Source: a virus
Lineage: Duplodnaviria; Heunggongvirae; Uroviricota; Caudoviricetes
DNA: 64,000 nt
Virus record (IMG/VR): IMGVR_UViG_3300017650_000009
Strand: one strand, 5' to 3'
The position numbers were made by a program, and so were the translations under genes. The notes below the pieces were generated by a model that was given only the letters and a program-made list of their open reading frames with translations, ran no database searches and was not told the origin of the DNA. Below are positions 1 through 8,139 of the stretch, in pieces. The first letter of the stretch is position 1; the number at the start of each line of letters is the position of its first letter.

Positions 1-366
1 ACCAGGGAACATCAAGCCACGAGGAAGTCGAACCTTCTGTTGCTTCCCGTGTAGTGTGGTATTGTCCACGACCGTGTTTCATAGAAATATGAGGATTTCG
101 GCAAGTTGCAGGTAAATGAACACCGCCTGTGCCAATTGCTTTCAGAAGGTGCCTGAGAAACTCGTAGAATGTTTTCCATTCATAATCCCCCTGATACATA
201 GCAGTTGTTTGTTTATTCAACTGTGTGTATCGGGGGGAATAACATGCCCTCAAATCTGTAGAATATCATTACTCGCTTCGCTTTTCCTTCCAATCTTTTC
301 CATAAAACCAGACAAATCACCCACACAATCTACTCCAAATAACCCACAGAGATCTGACATATAACC

Positions 367-393
367 TTGACATGGATATCTACCTGCTATATG
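367..393 (+). promoter_or_regulatory. sigma70-like early promoter
   Basis: TTGACA at 367 followed by TGCTATAT, upstream of GGAG + ATG 418. Confidence 0.55.
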
Positions 394-417
394 GATTAAT
401 ATCTAATGGAGATACCT

Positions 418-984
418 ATGGGCCTATTAAGGAATATTCACACTTATATCTGCACTAGGCTTGTTGAACGAGCTGAGTCCAAGATCCCTTTGGGTGAACC
501 CAATATATTCGTACAAAGCTTTAAGGAAGATCTCCCCCATCCAGGGATATATCAGTACAAAGTGGATTTACCAGGAATAAAAGTGGGTGTCTTTTTGAGT
601 GGTCGACGTCCATTTGATTCACTTGGTTATCGTTTTGGACTTCTTGAACCCAAGCAAATTCTACGATTTACCAGTCATAGCAATGAGATCGAAGTAAAGG
701 GGTTTGAACCAAGAATTAGTTTTCGTTCTAATCCTGGTGATTCCATTTTGGATAAACTTTCAATTCGTGTGAATGATTTTTCCATAACCGATTTCCTAAG
801 TAGTTGTTTGGGTTTAGTTGTGGTGTCCATGTTCACACAATCCATAAGTGGATCCGATGACAATGAAAATTTTGTTCAGGTGGCATTTTATGATGAACGC
901 GATTTCATGCTTTATAAACTTGCGGGTCCAATGTCTGAAACGGACACTAGTCAGTTGCACAAAGTCATTTTTCAATTCCGTTAA
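418..984 (+). CDS. hypothetical protein, C-terminal F...D...KL motif family
   Basis: GGAG RBS before ATG 418; VAFYDERDFMLYKL near C-terminus. Confidence 0.75.
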   Translation: MGLLRNIHTYICTRLVERAESKIPLGEPNIFVQSFKEDLPHPGIYQYKVDLPGIKVGVFLSGRRPFDSLGYRFGLLEPKQILRFTSHSNEIEVKGFEPRISFRSNPGDSILDKLSIRVNDFSITDFLSSCLGLVVVSMFTQSISGSDDNENFVQVAFYDERDFMLYKLAGPMSETDTSQLHKVIFQFR

Positions 985-1507
985 TAATGGATTCTGGGCT
1001 GGCTTTGATCGACTAGCGCGTAAGCAAGGTCGTGAAGTATCACTGATCTACCGGAACATCAATGATTCCGAATTAACATCGTTGTTCTCGAGTAAGCATA
1101 TTGGTATCCCAACTCCGATAAATTCACTTCGTTTGGATTTTATGGTTACCGACAAAACGCTGAAGACCGCAGGCTTTGAATATTCTTTGCGGCCCTACGC
1201 TAGTAAAGTGCAAGCCAATAATTTTTATAATTCCATCTATTTCACATGGCAAAGCCAACTGTTTGATCAGGCATTCCCACAACCAAATGTTCAGTGTGGT
1301 TTGGAGGTGAATGATTGGGATATATTGGATTTTGCACTAACACAGTGTAAGGGATCAGTACGTCTGACCCTGTTTATGGAACAAGAGAAGCATACTTTGG
1401 AATTAACCGACTATATGAGTCTCCATGTTATGTTTTTCGACGAGCGCGATTATATGTTGTTCAAGCTAATCGAGCCATTCAACATTCGTGAGGATTCTTT
1501 TGATTAA
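890..1507 (+). CDS. hypothetical protein, F...D...KL family (start uncertain)
   Basis: ends FFDERDYMLFKLIEP, paralogous to the upstream gene; ATG 890 has AGGTGG upstream. Confidence 0.7.
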   Translation: MMNAISCFINLRVQCLKRTLVSCTKSFFNSVNNGFWAGFDRLARKQGREVSLIYRNINDSELTSLFSSKHIGIPTPINSLRLDFMVTDKTLKTAGFEYSLRPYASKVQANNFYNSIYFTWQSQLFDQAFPQPNVQCGLEVNDWDILDFALTQCKGSVRLTLFMEQEKHTLELTDYMSLHVMFFDERDYMLFKLIEPFNIREDSFD

Positions 1508-2033
1508 ACAGATATTGGAGTTCTTCCGTCGAAAAACTGTAAGACGCTCATTATTGTCAGCATCACTTATTAACTCGTATCGCTACCCCAATACGTATAG
1601 GATTCAATTTTCTCGATATCCACGTTTCATTAATCGGTTAAAGCTGTTCTGGACAAAACCCGTGTATAGTTTGGATCTTAATATGGAACAGTTGCCGTGG
1701 GAACCTGAAAATCCTCATAGTAGTGTATTTTTACGATCCAAATTAATGATGTTAACTGATAAATCAAATAATCATATTTTGGTTGATACCGCTGGCACAC
1801 AAATAACGGATTTCAAGTTTATTTTAGCAAGGCATGATATAAACAAATGGATCTTTGATAATATCGTTGATCTTCTTGTCGTAAACGTTTATACCTATCA
1901 GCAAGTTTCATTTCGTACTCAGTTTAAGATACATTCTCAGTTTTGCCATAGAGTTAGATTAGATTTTTATTCTCCAACGGATGCAGTTATTTTTAAATTC
2001 CTGATTTCCGAATTTAGGAATTCAAACGCTTGA
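1488..2033 (+). CDS. hypothetical protein, F...DA..FK family
   Basis: ends LDFYSPTDAVIFKFLI; overlaps the upstream stop. Confidence 0.7.
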   Translation: MRILLIKQILEFFRRKTVRRSLLSASLINSYRYPNTYRIQFSRYPRFINRLKLFWTKPVYSLDLNMEQLPWEPENPHSSVFLRSKLMMLTDKSNNHILVDTAGTQITDFKFILARHDINKWIFDNIVDLLVVNVYTYQQVSFRTQFKIHSQFCHRVRLDFYSPTDAVIFKFLISEFRNSNA

Positions 2034-2060
2034 CTTATTCCTGAATCCTGTTATTATAAT
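2030..2060 (+). promoter_or_regulatory. early promoter TTGAC-N-TGTTA class
   Basis: TTGACT-16nt(ending TGT)-TATTAT; nearly identical copy at 51064-51087 on the minus strand. Confidence 0.7.
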
Positions 2061-2081
2061 TGTGTAACAAGGAGAAGCGAT

Positions 2082-2351
2082 ATGAGAAACGAAAAGTTCA
2101 GAAATCTAGTTATGCGGATGCTGGATAATCCTCGTGCGTTTCACTACTTGGGCTGGCTCATGCGCGCAACTCCTGATCAGGACTTCGCAATTCGCCGGGT
2201 ACTTAATGTGCTTGCAGTCGCTGAAATTGATCGCAATCGGAAGGATGGATTGCGCCAGCAGATTCGCAATTGGTACCGCGCAAACTATGGTGACAGAAAG
2301 TTCTTCGCAGACAGCGATCTTCATCGCAAGCATAAGAGGGTAATGGTTTAA
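2082..2351 (+). CDS. hypothetical protein
   Basis: AAGGAG RBS; 89-aa basic ORF after a promoter. Confidence 0.75.
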   Translation: MRNEKFRNLVMRMLDNPRAFHYLGWLMRATPDQDFAIRRVLNVLAVAEIDRNRKDGLRQQIRNWYRANYGDRKFFADSDLHRKHKRVMV

Positions 2352-2705
2352 TTGAAACCACTGGAACTAACATACGAACATGGATCAACGCGCCTTTACT
2401 TTAGGCACGTTATCTGCCCATTTCCGCTTGATGACCTTGCCTTTGAAATTACTAGTGACACACCAGCTTTGATGTCGATCGTGCATAAACATTTTACACC
2501 CGGTCTGTATGAGTGTGATCCATCCGATGAATTTGATAAATGGGCTCAATCTCTTGGGCTAGATATACAGGTGGGTTTTGTAAAGTATTTGTTCAAGTGC
2601 ACGGATACTGATTTCAAACATGAACTAAAAGACCATACAATATCTGAGATTTGGATGCGTTGTTTGCCTCGTGCTTTGCTGTTATTGAAGTTGAGATGGA
2701 TATGA
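2352..2705 (+). CDS. hypothetical protein, KLxW family
   Basis: ends LLLKLRWI; paralog of next ORF (shared PFPLDxxAFEI, W...G..I.VG.V.Y). Confidence 0.75.
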   Translation: MKPLELTYEHGSTRLYFRHVICPFPLDDLAFEITSDTPALMSIVHKHFTPGLYECDPSDEFDKWAQSLGLDIQVGFVKYLFKCTDTDFKHELKDHTISEIWMRCLPRALLLLKLRWI

Positions 2706-3067
2706 AACAATTAGAATTAAGGTGTGTTAATCAGTTGTATCAATGGGAAACTCTACTTGAGCAAGTAACAGTACCATTTCCTCTTGATGCGTTTGCTTTT
2801 GAAATAGCCATTAACAGCATCTACTTTGGATTGCTCGAAAATACTACACTAAATCTTTTCGATTGCAAACCAGAATTACGTCCGGAAATAATAGACTGGG
2901 CCCATCAAAATGGAATTCATGTTGAAGTTGGCGTTGTTCATTATCGATATCGATCTTATAGTTTGGAAAATGAAAACATGCTGTATATGGGAAGTTCTAA
3001 TTTTGAGATTTATATTCGGTTTAGTTCCGAGAGAGATCATATGCTCACAAAATTGACTTGGCTCTAA
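2702..3067 (+). CDS. hypothetical protein, F...D...KLxW family
   Basis: ATGA overlap; ends IRFSSERDHMLTKLTWL. Confidence 0.75.
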   Translation: MKQLELRCVNQLYQWETLLEQVTVPFPLDAFAFEIAINSIYFGLLENTTLNLFDCKPELRPEIIDWAHQNGIHVEVGVVHYRYRSYSLENENMLYMGSSNFEIYIRFSSERDHMLTKLTWL

Positions 3068-3099
3068 CGATAAATATCGTTTTAACAAAGGAGTCTCAC

Positions 3100-3393
3100 A
3101 TGGGTTGGGCAGCTAATCACATTTTCAATCTTAAAGCGGGTCGATCTGTAACTTTCAAATACGTTGGAAATCACATGTTTCCTATCGTATCCAATGGCGA
3201 ACTCGTTGAAGTAAATCCAGTTGGTCAGACAAAGCTAAAGAAGGGCATGGTGGTTCTCGTCAAGATGAACGGCCTGGAGCTACTTCATAAGATCACAGAT
3301 ATTAATGACAATCTCGTTGAGATATCAACAAATTCCGGCCATGTAAATGGTTGGACTGATATCGAAAACGTTTATGGAATTGCAAAGAAATAA
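3100..3393 (+). CDS. peptidase S24/S26-like protein, catalytic Ser apparently replaced
   Basis: GNHMFP (cf. GxSMxP), GxxVLV, LLHKI; AAGGAG RBS; TAAATA at 3071. Confidence 0.65.
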   Translation: MGWAANHIFNLKAGRSVTFKYVGNHMFPIVSNGELVEVNPVGQTKLKKGMVVLVKMNGLELLHKITDINDNLVEISTNSGHVNGWTDIENVYGIAKK

Positions 3394-3449
3394 CTTGACA
3401 GTTTTGGACTCCGTGTTAGTCTCTAAGACGTGTAATAGAGGAGTCCAAA

Positions 3450-3803
3450 ATGTCTGAAATCGAATTTCGTTTTCTCGGATGGAATAATACAAACGGATCG
3501 GACAAAATCTGGGGTTGGTTCACTATCGGCGAGAAGGTTTACAATTTCTGGGGACCACGTGGCGAAAAGAAGCTTGTAAAGCTGAGCTTCAAGCAATTCC
3601 CATCTCAGTCGTTCAATCACAATATCAGCTCGGCGCGTTCCAAGCAGCAAGAAAAGCTGCGAAAGGGATATAAGAGTATAAGTGTTGCTGTTGAAGACAA
3701 CATGCTCGTCGATGTCGAACGAATTTATCCCGGGTTTACCGATCACCTCAAGAAGCAGATGCTAATCGCCAAACTCAGTGGTATTGCGTATCGTGCCCAT
3801 TAA
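3450..3803 (+). CDS. WGR-like domain protein
   Basis: SDKIW...FWGPRG...KLRKGY pattern; GAGGAG RBS. Confidence 0.6.
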   Translation: MSEIEFRFLGWNNTNGSDKIWGWFTIGEKVYNFWGPRGEKKLVKLSFKQFPSQSFNHNISSARSKQQEKLRKGYKSISVAVEDNMLVDVERIYPGFTDHLKKQMLIAKLSGIAYRAH

Positions 3804-4134
3804 CAGTCCAGCAACCGACCTCAAGACTTTCGACACCTACATGTGCGAGGTCTTGGGGTTTATTCGTTTTGAAAGCCAAACTCATGATGAGGTTTATTGG
3901 CAACACACGATCCCTCATACAACAATTGCAATACGTGTGATGAGTGGACTCTCCTCAAGCGGTGAGATTCTAACACGTGAGCACATGGGTATTAGGATCT
4001 GTTTAATGGATTTGATTACAAACTCGCAGATCGAAAAGCCAATGCGAGTTCGTCGCACAAGGGATTCTCTCCGTAATATTCGAGAGCGAGTTGGTATTCT
4101 TTGGCGCAAGGTGCAAGCCAAAGCTACTAGGTAA
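3793..4134 (+). CDS. hypothetical protein
   Basis: ORF overlapping the upstream stop, GTG start. Confidence 0.6.
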   Translation: MPINSPATDLKTFDTYMCEVLGFIRFESQTHDEVYWQHTIPHTTIAIRVMSGLSSSGEILTREHMGIRICLMDLITNSQIEKPMRVRRTRDSLRNIRERVGILWRKVQAKATR

Positions 4135-4150
4135 GCTCAGACTCCTTTGC

Positions 4151-4181
4151 TGATAAATATCCCGTAGCTGGGAGTTTATCA
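4151..4181 (+). promoter_or_regulatory. T4-type late promoter inside an RBS-occluding hairpin
   Basis: TGATAAATATCCC-gtagct-GGGAGTTTATCA; TAAATA at 4154-4159. Confidence 0.65.
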
Positions 4182-7100
4182 TGCAAGACCGTCAAAGACA
4201 TCATATCATTGTTGACTCAAAAGAAAATGTGCCTACTGTCCTCGAGCAGTTGAAGCAAAGCTCACTCACGGATCTAAAGACGTGGGTTGCATTTCCACTT
4301 CTAATTAGTGCGAGTCTCACTAAGGCTCAAGTTGATTGGTTGAAACGTCATCCTATGATCAGCTTCGTCGAACCCAATAGTGCGGTTTACCTACATGCGG
4401 ATCCCAAGCAATATGAGATAAAGCCCCAACCTGGTGCAGACTTGCAAGATATCCGTGCGAGTCTTTTTGAACAATTCGATATCGAATTATGGCAATTCGA
4501 TGATTTGCCAGACGTGTTGTTTACAACACTGGATGAGGATTCCTATACTAGACTTTCGATGCAAATTCAACAGGGTAACTTTCCTGATATTCTGAGTTTG
4601 CGTGAATCAATTAATCCAGTACGTGAGTTCACAAGAGTTCTAAATTTGGACCGCTACAATTGGGGTATCGAACGAATTTCACATCGCAATACTCGTTTGT
4701 TCGAACGTGTGAGCTTTACTCAGACTGGTGAAAACGTAAACGTATTTGTGTTGGATAACGGCGTACAAAGCAATCATGACGAATTGAGAGGCCGTGTTAG
4801 CCCTCAACGTTATGATGCGTTCCGTGATATGTCTGATCCTCTTTATGGTGAACCAAGCACTAGTACGAGTATGGATGGTTCGCAAATCACATTCGATGAT
4901 CATGGTACACATGTTGCTAGTATCATTGCAGGTTCAACTGTTGGTGTAGCTCCAAGTGCAACCATTTACTCAGTTCGTGTTTTCTCAAATGATTCTGAAG
5001 AACCTACAACTATCAACGATATTTTGCTTGCGGTAGAGTGGACTATAACAATGCATACCACTATTGGTGGTGCATCCATCGTAAACATGAGTTTCGGCAT
5101 TCAGGATGCAGTTATTGGAAATATGTATGTAAGTGATCTGATCACACAGGCGCTAATCAATGTTGGGATTATTACAGTTGTCAGTGCGGGTAACGATGCG
5201 ACAGATGCGTTCTTCACAAAACCAGCCGGTGCAGGTGCAAAACGTGAAGTTCGTCAAGAAGGACAGAAATATTTCCTGGACACAATTATAGATCCAGCAA
5301 TCAAACCAATCACTGTTGGTGCATCTGTTAGCCCTCGTAGCACGGCACGTAATACAGATGGTGTTTGGTCTAAATCGAATTGGGGGGATGTCGTTGATAT
5401 TTTTGCACCTGGTGTGAATATTTTTGCTGCGAGTCTACAACAGGTTGGAGATTCCATTGATTTGAATCGTACAAGTGCATATGCGGTTAAATCAGGAACA
5501 TCAATGGCAGCCCCGCATGTTGCGGGCATCTGTGCTTTGCATTTGTCTAAGGATCCCACGCTTACTCATCAACAAATGCGTGAGCTAATTATAGAACAAG
5601 CAACAAAGAATCCATTCAATATTGCTGAAACACGACATACTCGTGTTGATCCTGTTCGTTATCGTCAAGTTGGATCTCAAGTTGTCCCATATGTGTTTGA
5701 GAATACAACAATGTATTCTCCGAATCGTTTGGCTTTTGCTTGGTTCACTTTAAGCCGATTCAATTGGACTGATCAATCTTATACACTTGAAGTAGATGAG
5801 CATCAGCGTTTGGAAGCCAAAATTAGTGCATCTAGTACAAACTATTACGGCGACAACGAGCTTGTTGATTATGAGATTACTCAACTTGATGTTCCGGTGG
5901 AATATCCTTTGGGCTTCCCTTTGAACTTCACAAGCACTGAATATGTGAGTACAGATGGAAACATTGTTGAAAATATTAATGTTCTGAACTTGCGCATTGA
6001 TGCACCATCAGTCCCAGAGACTCGTATTGGATCGTTTGAGATACAAGCGTATGATGGACGAGTACGTGGATTCCGACGTCTAACAATTCAAACAAATAAT
6101 GTTCCTGCTCCACCAGTTTGGCAAAGTCCGGCAGCGGGTGAACTATTTGCGACCCCCAAACATAAAGGTGATGTATTTGCACAATCAACGTTGGAATTCG
6201 TTGCCACACAAGAAGACAATTTACCGATTACCTATACAATCATTCCGTTGAATGGTTCACTACCGTTGGGATTGAATTTACGCCAAGATCAAGTCGGTAA
6301 TAAATCCTATTTGAGTGGCACAATTGTTTCACTCCCATATAGCCAGGAACCAATTAAATATGAATTTCTAATCCGAGCTACTGCTGGAAATGGATTGATT
6401 GCAGAACGACTATTCACACTAACATGTGAGTATCAAAACTCAATCCATTATTTCAATCCGGATTGGCTTGTTGGGTTCTATGAGATTGAACCTAGCATTT
6501 TGATGATGCCTCCGGCTCGTATTGGTAATACGTATTACCAAGCCATCGATGTTGTAAACGAGGACAATGATGTTCTAACCTATGCAATTGATTTTGTTCC
6601 TGGAATCGTTGAGGGTCCCGGTGTATTCAATGGTCGTTTACCAACGGGTCTGGGAATTTTTGCAGATGGTAGCATTCGAGGAATCGTTGATCCTACTGTC
6701 GTTCTCGGTCTCTATTACATTCGACTCACAGTAACAGATGTTGAGGGAAATGAGATTGCTCAGAATTTCCGCATTACTGTTGAAATCGGTGATGATGATG
6801 TGCTCCAGGAATCTGATCAGATTATTTGGGTTACACCTCCCGGATCAATCGGAAACATTTACGAAACATTCCCGTCGCATGTCCTGGTTGAGGCAATCAA
6901 CCCAGAAGGGACACCTGTTGTTTACTCGGTAAGTCCGAATGGCGGACCTTTGCCCGATGGTCTAACCGTCCAGAGTACAACCGGTTATATAATGGGGTTT
7001 GCTCCTTTTGTTAGTGCTGATACAACCTACACTTTTGCAATCCGTGCAACTGTTGGTGCACGATATGTGGATCGCACTTTTAGTATTACGATTTTGAATC

Positions 7101-8134
7101 AATATGAATCCACAAACATTCGCAATGTAAAGGGACGAATTACAGGTTATGAACGTCAAGAGTTCAAGGACTGGCTTGTCGATTCACCAATTTTGACTCG
7201 TGAGGTTTTATTCCGACCTGGTGATCCAAACTTCGGTGCAGTTGATCAACTTGAACTATATGTGGTATCCGGACTAAACACACAGGCGTTTGATGAGTCT
7301 GGAAATGCAGCAACTATGGTAGAGATTCTAAAGGACTACCACAAGCGCATGTATTTGACATATGGTCCACTCACATATGCACCGGTTTATGATCCATCCG
7401 GCTCATATATTTGTGATGTAATTTATTTCAGTCTAGTGGATCCACAAGCCAAAGCTGGTGGATTTAATGCTGATGGTTCTGAACAGGTCCTAACTTTGCC
7501 ACAGAGTCATCCATATGATCCGGATCTTTGGGACGCACAAACTGGTGAATCGCGTTTCTATCCGAATAGTCTGGGTAATGCGCGTGAAGATTTGATATCA
7601 ACAGTTGATGGTCGTTTGGGCTTTGGACTTGCTGGTGAAGAAGGCATGCCAATGTGGATGAGAACTACGAGTAATCCACGTAATACGAATTTGAAACCAC
7701 GCGGATATACTCCTGCTATCATCCTCGCTTATGTGAAACCAGGTAAGGGATTGCAAGTTTCTAACCAACTTGCGTTACGTGGACTCACAAAGCAATTCCA
7801 AGGCCGTGAACTTATATTGGATCGCTATTACGTGAGTAATAGCTTGATCGCGGCATTGACAACGTTTGATGACAATTTGACTACGTTTGATGTTCCTGGT
7901 ATTCCATTCACATGTGTAAAGCCGGTGTTCTGTGCTTGGGATCCAAATACCGAAACACAAACATGTGATCCACAAGCCGGACAAATTACAGCTTGTGACG
8001 TTCCTGAGAGCACAACAGATGCTCCAACCCAGTTTGATGTTGGCACAACCGAACTTGGTAAATATTATAAATTCAACGACGACGTTCGTATTCTCCGTGA
8101 TCGAGGATATCCAGAACCAGAAGATAATAGGTAA
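4181..8134 (+). CDS. subtilisin-family (S8) protease fused to Ig-like repeats and a probable baseplate/virion domain
   Basis: triad motifs VLDNG, HGTHVAS, GTSMAAPHVAG; I9-like propeptide; repeated LPxGL..G.I.G Ig-like units. Confidence 0.85.
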   Translation: MQDRQRHHIIVDSKENVPTVLEQLKQSSLTDLKTWVAFPLLISASLTKAQVDWLKRHPMISFVEPNSAVYLHADPKQYEIKPQPGADLQDIRASLFEQFDIELWQFDDLPDVLFTTLDEDSYTRLSMQIQQGNFPDILSLRESINPVREFTRVLNLDRYNWGIERISHRNTRLFERVSFTQTGENVNVFVLDNGVQSNHDELRGRVSPQRYDAFRDMSDPLYGEPSTSTSMDGSQITFDDHGTHVASIIAGSTVGVAPSATIYSVRVFSNDSEEPTTINDILLAVEWTITMHTTIGGASIVNMSFGIQDAVIGNMYVSDLITQALINVGIITVVSAGNDATDAFFTKPAGAGAKREVRQEGQKYFLDTIIDPAIKPITVGASVSPRSTARNTDGVWSKSNWGDVVDIFAPGVNIFAASLQQVGDSIDLNRTSAYAVKSGTSMAAPHVAGICALHLSKDPTLTHQQMRELIIEQATKNPFNIAETRHTRVDPVRYRQVGSQVVPYVFENTTMYSPNRLAFAWFTLSRFNWTDQSYTLEVDEHQRLEAKISASSTNYYGDNELVDYEITQLDVPVEYPLGFPLNFTSTEYVSTDGNIVENINVLNLRIDAPSVPETRIGSFEIQAYDGRVRGFRRLTIQTNNVPAPPVWQSPAAGELFATPKHKGDVFAQSTLEFVATQEDNLPITYTIIPLNGSLPLGLNLRQDQVGNKSYLSGTIVSLPYSQEPIKYEFLIRATAGNGLIAERLFTLTCEYQNSIHYFNPDWLVGFYEIEPSILMMPPARIGNTYYQAIDVVNEDNDVLTYAIDFVPGIVEGPGVFNGRLPTGLGIFADGSIRGIVDPTVVLGLYYIRLTVTDVEGNEIAQNFRITVEIGDDDVLQESDQIIWVTPPGSIGNIYETFPSHVLVEAINPEGTPVVYSVSPNGGPLPDGLTVQSTTGYIMGFAPFVSADTTYTFAIRATVGARYVDRTFSITILNQYESTNIRNVKGRITGYERQEFKDWLVDSPILTREVLFRPGDPNFGAVDQLELYVVSGLNTQAFDESGNAATMVEILKDYHKRMYLTYGPLTYAPVYDPSGSYICDVIYFSLVDPQAKAGGFNADGSEQVLTLPQSHPYDPDLWDAQTGESRFYPNSLGNAREDLISTVDGRLGFGLAGEEGMPMWMRTTSNPRNTNLKPRGYTPAIILAYVKPGKGLQVSNQLALRGLTKQFQGRELILDRYYVSNSLIAALTTFDDNLTTFDVPGIPFTCVKPVFCAWDPNTETQTCDPQAGQITACDVPESTTDAPTQFDVGTTELGKYYKFNDDVRILRDRGYPEPEDNR

Positions 8135-8139
8135 CATCG

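Noticed and set aside
1-364. ORF 116..364 (+) and short minus-strand frames at the window start
   Set aside because: No RBS or recognisable motif for the + ORF. A minus-strand frame runs off the edge but cannot be chosen with confidence.
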